Shown: positions 7,931-15,028 of the stretch, piece by piece | How the letters are laid out: each line of letters begins with the position of its first letter | How positions within the stretch are numbered: the first letter of the stretch is position 1 | Virus record (IMG/VR): IMGVR_UViG_3300021140_000485 | Strand: one strand, 5' to 3' | From: a virus | Taxonomy: Duplodnaviria > Heunggongvirae > Uroviricota > Caudoviricetes | DNA length: 17,392 nucleotides | Program-made: the position numbers and the translations under genes | Notes under the pieces: generated by a model | Told to the model about the DNA's origin: nothing | What the model saw: the letters and a program-made list of their open reading frames with translations, nothing else | The model's database searches: none

Positions 7931-7961
7931 CAAAGATACACATATTTTTTAAATTACCAAA
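7931..7961 (-). promoter_or_regulatory. Bacteroidota sigma-A-type promoter: -33 TTTG, 19-nt spacer, -7 TATCTTTG
   Basis: Minus strand TTTG at 7961-7958 (inside the last RuvC codons TTT TGG TAA), 19-nt spacer, TATCTTTG at 7938-7931. Same -7 octamer as at 5746-5753. Confidence 0.82.
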
Positions 7962-8553
7962 ATTTTTCTTGTTTCATAAATCCTAACACACAAGTATATG
8001 AGTCACTCATATCAAAGTTTTCCTTTTTAAGTGTGTTGTTTCTGGTGTATAACCAAGTGATTTGAGGTTCTCGTTTGGCAACCATATCCCAAATGACTTC
8101 TTTCTTATCAATCGTTTTTGGGTACCCCCCAAATAATACAAACTTACCCTTATCATTCTTTTGTACCAATTCAGGGAATGCACATTTACGAGCATTATAA
8201 GTAGATATCAACTCAGGTACAATACCAAACACATCATATACATCTTTACAGATAAGTGTGTTGTATCTCATAAGAGTTCCAACAGTGTAAACGTTATTTG
8301 AGTTTAATAGTGGTTCTTCAATAATGACTTTGGTGATACCAAGATTTTGATACTCCATAAGTTTTTCTTTAAAAATTATACTTTTGGTAATCAACTCTTC
8401 AATCTTATTTTCAGATTTTGGTTTTGGTTGAGGGGATAAGTGAGTAAGTTCTAATAGTTGTTGAGTTTGGATATCGAACAATGCGAATCCAATAGTTTTC
8501 GTACTAACATCTAAACCTAATACTTTAGGAGAATTTTTTTGAAGTTTTGCCAT
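7954..8553 (-). CDS. ruvC: RuvC-like (RNase H fold) Holliday junction resolvase (199 aa)
   Basis: VLGLDVSTKTIGFA (catalytic Asp), VIIEEP (Glu), DMSDSY (D-x-x-D) C-terminal acidic pair. Confidence 0.85.
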   Translation of the reverse strand: MAKLQKNSPKVLGLDVSTKTIGFALFDIQTQQLLELTHLSPQPKPKSENKIEELITKSIIFKEKLMEYQNLGITKVIIEEPLLNSNNVYTVGTLMRYNTLICKDVYDVFGIVPELISTYNARKCAFPELVQKNDKGKFVLFGGYPKTIDKKEVIWDMVAKREPQITWLYTRNNTLKKENFDMSDSYTCVLGFMKQEKFW

Positions 8554-8554
8554 A

Positions 8555-10723
8555 TTAAAAATCTAATTTAACTACAAACTGTTGTATACCCGCTCTTAGA
8601 ACAGGAGATTGTAGTTTAGATATAACAATAAGGTCTAAATTAGAATCGTAAAGCCCAATTTCAGTAATGTAAGGGTTTGTCCCTGTTACAAATGTTGGGT
8701 TTGAACTCGTTGTAAATTGATTATTACCCAAGTTGATTAGATATCTCATCTCGTATATTGTCGCCGCAACATCAGTTTGTAGATTACCATAGAAATAATA
8801 TTCATCCCCAAAGTTGAGTAACTCTGTTTGTCCGTTTTGAGGTATGTCTATGTAATTCGCTAAATTGTATGTGGTTGCACCTGTGTAATCCTCCAAAGAT
8901 ATTTGGAACACTTGGCTAGTAATACCTGAAGCGGTTATGAAATCATTTATTGTTGTTCCCGATAATTGGTCGGTAACATCAATTTCTCTCCATAAGTTTG
9001 GTTGTGGTCTTGTATCACCTGAAACTAACTGACAAATAATCTTCATACTTGTTGCAGTAAACCCTTCAGTAGAACCAGTACCTAAGAATGGGAACTCATT
9101 ACCAAATCTAATTGCAACGTTCTGTGAATTCTCGGTACAAGCAGTTGTTGGTCCAAGAATACTTGAATAGTAGTTACAATGTAACGAATCAGTGAATCCT
9201 GTTGAATCAAATCTATAAGTGACCCACATCTTTTCAGTTTCATTATTCATCACACCTTGACCTGAATTGTTATTTGTAAAACAAGTGTTAGGCGTAATCA
9301 AACTAAGTTGTGGTGCAGGTATCGTCCAGTTTCTATTTGCCTTATATGAAAGTGCAGCAACAACTTCTTCATCATCTATAATAACAATTTCTTGGTCAGG
9401 GAATACCTTACCAATTCTGTTAAGATTATTGTTATCGTCAGGGTTGGTATCATATAAATGATAATATCTAATACCCGGGTCATTCATATCAGGATTTGGA
9501 ACCGACTTAATATAATATGGGACACATAAGTCATATCCCGGAGGGTCTATGTAAAATACTTCACCCGTTGTATTACCAGTTGACTTGTGCCACATCAATG
9601 TTGGAATTGTCAACTTAAAGTTTCTTGCTAATCCTGGGTCTGATGTTGGGTTTTGTGGGTCAAAAGGAACTGTTGCAAATTTCTCAGCATAAACATTATC
9701 AATAGATTGATTAGTGTAGTGGATAATTGCAATAGTTTTTTGGTCCTTAGGTTGAACCACTACTTTTTCATCAAAAGAATTATAATAAAAAGTTTGGCTT
9801 GTATCAGTCTGACCACTATTTTCTTGATAACCAAGATATTCTTTGGTTCCAATATAAGTAACAGAATTGTATTGATTAAACCCTTCATATGTTGATGTGA
9901 AAACTCCTGCGGGTGATTCGCTCCAAGGAATATTCATATTCCAAATTAAAGTACTTTCTTTTTCACACTCATCAGTTGGTAGTGTCGGAACAATAGTATC
10001 GTAAAGTTCTGTCATACCTGAAGGATATACTAAACATCTTGCAATAACACCCGCAGACTGACCAGTATAAATTGGTACAGCTCTGTCTAATGTTAGTGTC
10101 CAAGTTGTTGTTCCTGTTGTTCCTGTTGCAGGGTCAATATCCTGTATCTTGTATGTTAAAACAGGAGATGTTGTAAATTCACCTGTATTGTATCCATTAC
10201 CATCAAAGAAGAATGTAATGAAATCACCGATTGATGGTGTCCCTGTTGTTGACGCGGCAAAGTCATAAGTAATTGAAACCCCACTTGTTTGTCCTGATAA
10301 AGTATTCATCTCAACAACATAGTTAGATGTAACTGTGTAGGCTGAACTTGTCTGAGCACTAAATGGGTAGGTATTACCTGTCACAAAAAACCCATAAGGA
10401 ACTTGTGAATTATAAATGTAGTCGATATTGGAATCCATAAACGGTATTCCGTAAGTATTTCCTGTTACTCCTTTAACAAATAACGGGTATTTAATATTCT
10501 CTTTGTTAGACTGTGGGACACCGTTATCATTCTGAGCATTAAATGCCGGCATCAATATGTCATTATTTGTAACACTATAACTTGGTACCGCAGTGTAATT
10601 TACTTCACTGTCCCCAATTGAAAAATAGGAAATCTGGAAACTTCCCTGAGAAATGTTTCTTCTTCCAACATCAGTAAGTCTAGTGTTGATTAACCCTGAA
10701 GTATTTTTAATGATATATCCCAT
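8555..10723 (-). CDS. Putative baseplate/tail-collar structural protein (722 aa) with P2 gpH/DUF3751-like termini
   Basis: N-terminus LTDVGRRNISQGSFQISYFSIGD and C-terminus YITEIGLYDSNLDLIVISKLQSP resemble the two halves of the tail-fibre collar domain (ITTAG...ITTMAVGD / MRELGLYDDAGTLIAVAN). The interior is T/G/S/N-rich and beta-like. Confidence 0.6.
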   Translation of the reverse strand: MGYIIKNTSGLINTRLTDVGRRNISQGSFQISYFSIGDSEVNYTAVPSYSVTNNDILMPAFNAQNDNGVPQSNKENIKYPLFVKGVTGNTYGIPFMDSNIDYIYNSQVPYGFFVTGNTYPFSAQTSSAYTVTSNYVVEMNTLSGQTSGVSITYDFAASTTGTPSIGDFITFFFDGNGYNTGEFTTSPVLTYKIQDIDPATGTTGTTTWTLTLDRAVPIYTGQSAGVIARCLVYPSGMTELYDTIVPTLPTDECEKESTLIWNMNIPWSESPAGVFTSTYEGFNQYNSVTYIGTKEYLGYQENSGQTDTSQTFYYNSFDEKVVVQPKDQKTIAIIHYTNQSIDNVYAEKFATVPFDPQNPTSDPGLARNFKLTIPTLMWHKSTGNTTGEVFYIDPPGYDLCVPYYIKSVPNPDMNDPGIRYYHLYDTNPDDNNNLNRIGKVFPDQEIVIIDDEEVVAALSYKANRNWTIPAPQLSLITPNTCFTNNNSGQGVMNNETEKMWVTYRFDSTGFTDSLHCNYYSSILGPTTACTENSQNVAIRFGNEFPFLGTGSTEGFTATSMKIICQLVSGDTRPQPNLWREIDVTDQLSGTTINDFITASGITSQVFQISLEDYTGATTYNLANYIDIPQNGQTELLNFGDEYYFYGNLQTDVAATIYEMRYLINLGNNQFTTSSNPTFVTGTNPYITEIGLYDSNLDLIVISKLQSPVLRAGIQQFVVKLDF

Positions 10724-10730
10724 ATAATAT

Positions 10731-10736
10731 TAAATA
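10731..10736 (-). promoter_or_regulatory. Candidate phage late-promoter or leader motif TATTTA, 7 nt upstream of ATG
   Basis: Minus strand cTATTTA-atattat-ATG(10723). Same hexamer and spacing as at 13399-13404. Confidence 0.45.
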
Positions 10737-10752
10737 GTTTTACAATATTTTT

Positions 10753-12744
10753 TTATTGTACTGTTACTTGTGATGCATTTATTGTATGACTTAATTTAGC
10801 CTCTCCTTGATTGTATAACGCTGAACAACAATTACATCCGTTAATTGAAACGTTACTTAAGTATACTGTAATATTTTGTGTTACCTCAGTCATACATCCA
10901 TTAACATTCAACGGAGTGGTTATATTAACATTTGAGTTACAAGCTCCACTTACCACATCACCAGCAACCATAGTAATTGGGTATGTATTAACATAATCAG
11001 TTGTGTATTGGTTATTTGGTGCACAGAATGGTCTTGGGTCAACAGATGACGAACCTGTTGTTGTAGGTGTAAGTACGTTTGTATTCTTCTTAGTTGTCAG
11101 TGTGTAAGTTGCACTACCATCACCAGGTTGTTTTTCAATTTGTTCAACATCGATTCCTAAATCAAATGATAATGTAACACCAGGTGATAAAGGTGGCAGT
11201 ACATTTACTCTCCAAGTAATATTTCTACTAAATGTAGCGTTAGTCGCTTGGGTTAATTGTTGTATTCCAACTGAGTATGTTACCGGTGATGCTTGTGAAG
11301 CAACTACGACAGTTTGTTGGTATTGAGCGTTATTTTGGTCTTTTACCACTACAGAATATGCGCCAGGACATAATCCGTTTACGACATTGGTTCCATTGAA
11401 TGTAACTCCGTTATCTGTTGAATATAAATAAGGTCCGATTCCGCCAGATGGTAAAATTGTTATCGCTCCATCACAACTACTTAGACAACTTGATGCCTGT
11501 GCAGTTACTTTAGCACTTATAACATTAATTGTTGAACAAGTACCAGTGTAAACTGTTACGTTAGCATTTTTAGTAGCTCCAACAGGATACCATCCTGATA
11601 ATGGTACTGATGAAGCGTCTTGAGAAGCAACAGTTCCACCATATTGAGTGTAACCAGTTACATACCAAGTACTATTCTGTGGGTTCCATACCATACCATA
11701 AGTTGAACCATTTGACCAACTTGGTTTACCATTAATACTACCATTCGGGAAGAATTGGATTTGTTCAGGAGTGTTCTGACCCCATTGGATAAACATACAT
11801 AAGTTTGGATACACAGGTGTTGCAGATGGTGTGATTGAAGGTGTTGGTGTATTAGTTGGTGTAGGTGATGGTGCTATTAACGAACAAGATGTATATGCTG
11901 TGAAATCACCATAAAAGTCGGATACAACAACTTGGTAAGACCCCCCCTTTAAGTTAAATAAGTAAGGTGTTTTTTGTCCACCCTCCCAAGTTATATCGTA
12001 AGGTGGTGTTCCACCTGTGATAGTTAGATATAATTTACCATCAAAACTTTTTGGTGTTGATGGGTTAACACCATAACAACTAACTCCCATTGGGAATACT
12101 GTGAACACATCACAATCATTCTTTGGGACATAAATAACATTGTTTGTTGGTGTCGGAGTTGGTGTTGGTGTATTAGTTGGGCTTGAAGTTACGGTTGATG
12201 TAACTGTTGGAGTAACTGTAGCAGTTGGTGTTGAATAAGGTGTAGCCGTTGGTGTTTGAGTTGGGCAAGTTGTAGATGCCGGAACAAATAGTTTTGTAAC
12301 TCCGTTATGTGGTTTAGTGTAGTCAAATATAATTGTTGTGCCAGAACTTGTTCCATATACATAGTTTCCACAACAATCGTAGTAATAACACTTCTCACTA
12401 GTCGTATATCCTGAACCACAAACAATAGATGTTGGTGTTGGAGTATAATTAGGTGTTCTAGTTGGGAATGGTGTTGGTGTTATACTTGGCTCGGGTTCAT
12501 CAACACAAGGATTTAATAAAATACCATTAAAATTTATAAAACCACTTCCACCATTTTCAATATAAACATCTTGACTCGTTGCGTATGAACCACTTTCTTG
12601 ACAACCACAAACACTATAAAAATTACCAGGTTGTATGGTTGCACTTTGTGATGTAGTTCCATCATTACAAGAATACGAATAAAAAATCTGAGGAGATTCA
12701 GACTCATTCCATACCATCCATCTAATACAAGTAGTACAAGCCAT
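10753..12744 (-). CDS. Cys-rich modular putative virion/fibre protein with PT linkers and two SprB-like repeats (663 aa)
   Basis: SprB-like units VSCYG...DGKLYLTITGGTPPYDITW...NLKGGSYQVVVSD (11908-12084) and SSC...DGAITILPSGGIGPYLYS...GLCPGAYSVVVKD (11329-11502). Three PT tracts. No signal peptide. Confidence 0.75.
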   Translation of the reverse strand: MACTTCIRWMVWNESESPQIFYSYSCNDGTTSQSATIQPGNFYSVCGCQESGSYATSQDVYIENGGSGFINFNGILLNPCVDEPEPSITPTPFPTRTPNYTPTPTSIVCGSGYTTSEKCYYYDCCGNYVYGTSSGTTIIFDYTKPHNGVTKLFVPASTTCPTQTPTATPYSTPTATVTPTVTSTVTSSPTNTPTPTPTPTNNVIYVPKNDCDVFTVFPMGVSCYGVNPSTPKSFDGKLYLTITGGTPPYDITWEGGQKTPYLFNLKGGSYQVVVSDFYGDFTAYTSCSLIAPSPTPTNTPTPSITPSATPVYPNLCMFIQWGQNTPEQIQFFPNGSINGKPSWSNGSTYGMVWNPQNSTWYVTGYTQYGGTVASQDASSVPLSGWYPVGATKNANVTVYTGTCSTINVISAKVTAQASSCLSSCDGAITILPSGGIGPYLYSTDNGVTFNGTNVVNGLCPGAYSVVVKDQNNAQYQQTVVVASQASPVTYSVGIQQLTQATNATFSRNITWRVNVLPPLSPGVTLSFDLGIDVEQIEKQPGDGSATYTLTTKKNTNVLTPTTTGSSSVDPRPFCAPNNQYTTDYVNTYPITMVAGDVVSGACNSNVNITTPLNVNGCMTEVTQNITVYLSNVSINGCNCCSALYNQGEAKLSHTINASQVTVQ

Positions 12745-13391
12745 TATACGCAGAGTGTAAAGTTGATTATGATTCCACTTGAATCTATTTGTACCGCATA
12801 TGTGTTAGCTCCGAATATCATTTTTCTCCATCTATTACCTTGATTTACAGGGTTGAATAAACTACCACCAATGTTTGTTTGATAAACTGTTGCACCTATT
12901 ACAGGTGTTGATGGTGTCGCAACATAAGAAGTATAGTAATAGTCATCTAAAAGTGTATCCAAACACGCACTTGATGAATTAACATATAAATTTCTACCTA
13001 TTTGATGCGGATAAACCAAACTTGTTGGTGTTGGAGTAGGCGTGTTACTTGATGTAGGTGTTGGGGTCGCTTGAAGTGTTGTTGAAGGTGTTGGTGTAAT
13101 ACTAGCGGTTGGTGTTGTAGTTGGAGTATGTGTTTGTGTTGGAGTTTGTGTTGGCGTATTAGTTGGTGTTGGAGTTGGTGTTATGTAAAGAGTCTGATAA
13201 ACGGTACAACCCGCAGCATCAACAATTTTAATCACAAAGTCTAATGAAGAATATGAATCAGGAACATCAAATGTATAAGGGGCACTTGCAACAGTTGCAA
13301 CTGAAACACAGTTCCCACTAAAACTATCGCAATAAAAAACCTCAAACGGTAAGTTTGCTGTAATATTAGGTATGGTAACTGTTTGACTCAT
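12744..13391 (-). CDS. Putative virion protein: conserved N-terminal 3-Cys domain + PT linker + ~90-aa C-terminal domain (215 aa)
   Basis: The N-terminal ~68 aa align by eye with the N-terminus of 13421..15028. PT tract at about 13025-13185. TAATG overlap with the downstream gene. Confidence 0.75.
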   Translation of the reverse strand: MSQTVTIPNITANLPFEVFYCDSFSGNCVSVATVASAPYTFDVPDSYSSLDFVIKIVDAAGCTVYQTLYITPTPTPTNTPTQTPTQTHTPTTTPTASITPTPSTTLQATPTPTSSNTPTPTPTSLVYPHQIGRNLYVNSSSACLDTLLDDYYYTSYVATPSTPVIGATVYQTNIGGSLFNPVNQGNRWRKMIFGANTYAVQIDSSGIIINFTLCV

Positions 13392-13398
13392 TTATCTA

Positions 13399-13404
13399 TA
13401 AATA
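13399..13404 (-). promoter_or_regulatory. Candidate phage late-promoter or leader motif TATTTA, 7 nt upstream of ATG
   Basis: Minus strand gtTATTTA-tagataa-ATG(13391). The plus strand here reads TATAAATA (13397-13404), the T4 late consensus but in the antisense orientation. Confidence 0.45.
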
Positions 13405-13420
13405 ACATTTTTCATTTTTT

Positions 13421-15028
13421 TTATTGTCTAACTCCAAGTCCTCTGACTCTGTCTGTAAATATTGTATTACCATTTGTGGTTGGTGTCCAAATTTCTCCGT
13501 CATTTGAAACCGCAAGTTGATTTGTTCCAATACCACCCATAATCCATTGGTTACCGTCCCAAGCAACTGAATACACTAATACAGTAATTATACCACTAGC
13601 GGTACTTGATGGTTGCCAACTGAACCCATCAGTTGAATATGCAATTTTATTTGTCCCTCCACCACCGGCTAAGAATCTTAAACCATTGTGAGATACTGCG
13701 TATGTATCTGATGTAAATACGGTGTTTCCGTTTGTGGATGCAGACCAAGTAATACCATCGTAAGAAATTGCAACCTTATTTGTTCCACTTCCAACCGCAA
13801 CGAATCTATCATTATACCAAACAATACTTCTAACTGCACTGTTTATAATTGAATTACCATTTGCCGATTGGAACCAAGTAACCCCATTATCATCAGAATA
13901 GAATATTGTTTGAGTAACTAAACCTCCAGCTTGTCCACCAATAACCCATCTACTTCCATTTGAAGCCGTACATAACAGTGCGTTGTTACCAAACACACCA
14001 CTGGCTGAACTTCCTGTCCAAGTTATACCATCATTAGAATATGCAACTTTTGACGCTCCTGAATTAATACCAACCGCCATCCAAAGACCATTATACCAAT
14101 TCACCCCATAAACCAATGTACCAAATATTGAACTTCCATTCGCCGAGTCGACCCAAGTATCACCATCATACGAGTATAGTAACTTGTTAGTACCAGATGC
14201 TCCAACAACAAATTTAACACCGTCACTCGCAACGCTCCAAGTTGTACTTGATGCCAAAGCATTTCCGTTTGTAGAATTAGTCCAATTTAATCCATCCGTA
14301 CTATACCCAAGTTTATTAATTGTTCCCGCAGCAACTATCAAAGGAGGTAGTGGTGCGGTTCCACTTGGTGTTTGTGTTGGGGTATAACTTGGTGTTGGTG
14401 TATTAGTGTTAGTTGGTGTATTAGTTGGTGTATTTGTAGGTGTTTGAGTATTCGTAGGAGTATTTGTTGGTGTTTGAGTATTCGTAGGTGTATGTGAAGG
14501 AGTATTGGTTGGGGTATTTGAATTTGTAGGAGTATTAGTATTTGTCGCAGTGTTAGTAGGAGTGTTTGTAGGCGTACTTGAATTTGTTGGGGTATTTGTT
14601 GTAGTATTTGTTGGTGTAGTAGTTGTTGTAGGCGTTTGAGTATTTGTCGGTGTATTTGTCGGAGTATTTGTCGGAGTAGATGTCGGAGTATTTGTTGTAG
14701 TATTAGTTGGTGTTACAGTTTGTGTATTTGTATTAGTCGGAGTGTTGGTATTTGTTGGGGTGTTTGTTGGTGTAGTAGTAGGTGTCGGTGTTGGAGTAGG
14801 TGTAAAATATATTAAAGACGTTCCTGTAAGAACACAATTTGACGCATCCACAACTTTCAAAACATATTCATCTGAATTATCGTATGGTGATGGTATGTTA
14901 AATGTATATGGTATCTCAGAAGTCGTAATTCTATCAATATAAAAACAGCCTGTCCCATCAAATTGACAGATGTAAACGTCATAAGGACTTGTTCCTGTTA
15001 ACCCATTTATTGTTACTTGAATTGCCAT
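13421..15028 (-). CDS. Putative virion protein: conserved N-terminal domain + ~146-aa PT/TN linker + BNR/Asp-box beta-propeller (535 aa)
   Basis: Seven Asp-box motifs spaced ~44 aa: YSTDGLNW, YSYDGDTW, YSNDGITW, YSDDNGVTW, ISYDGITW, YSTDGFSW, VSNDGEIW. Confidence 0.82.
   Translation of the reverse strand: MAIQVTINGLTGTSPYDVYICQFDGTGCFYIDRITTSEIPYTFNIPSPYDNSDEYVLKVVDASNCVLTGTSLIYFTPTPTPTPTTTPTNTPTNTNTPTNTNTQTVTPTNTTTNTPTSTPTNTPTNTPTNTQTPTTTTTPTNTTTNTPTNSSTPTNTPTNTATNTNTPTNSNTPTNTPSHTPTNTQTPTNTPTNTQTPTNTPTNTPTNTNTPTPSYTPTQTPSGTAPLPPLIVAAGTINKLGYSTDGLNWTNSTNGNALASSTTWSVASDGVKFVVGASGTNKLLYSYDGDTWVDSANGSSIFGTLVYGVNWYNGLWMAVGINSGASKVAYSNDGITWTGSSASGVFGNNALLCTASNGSRWVIGGQAGGLVTQTIFYSDDNGVTWFQSANGNSIINSAVRSIVWYNDRFVAVGSGTNKVAISYDGITWSASTNGNTVFTSDTYAVSHNGLRFLAGGGGTNKIAYSTDGFSWQPSSTASGIITVLVYSVAWDGNQWIMGGIGTNQLAVSNDGEIWTPTTNGNTIFTDRVRGLGVRQ
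14365..14803. repeat. Degenerate coding repeat for a Thr/Pro/Asn mucin-like linker (TPTNT units)
   Basis: About 146 codons almost entirely T, P, N, Q, S. Synonymous codons are varied, so this is not a perfect DNA tandem array. Confidence 0.9.

Noticed and set aside
7927-7941. ORF-track start MYLCT for the 127-aa ORF
   Set aside because: It is the translation of the promoter -7 box (TGTATCTTTGT), and that ATG lies upstream of the predicted transcription start.
10741-10760. Perfect 7-bp inverted repeat TACAATA-N6-TATTGTA over the stop of the 663-aa gene
   Set aside because: The stem is almost all A/T and has no U-tract on the coding strand. It is too weak to call a terminator.
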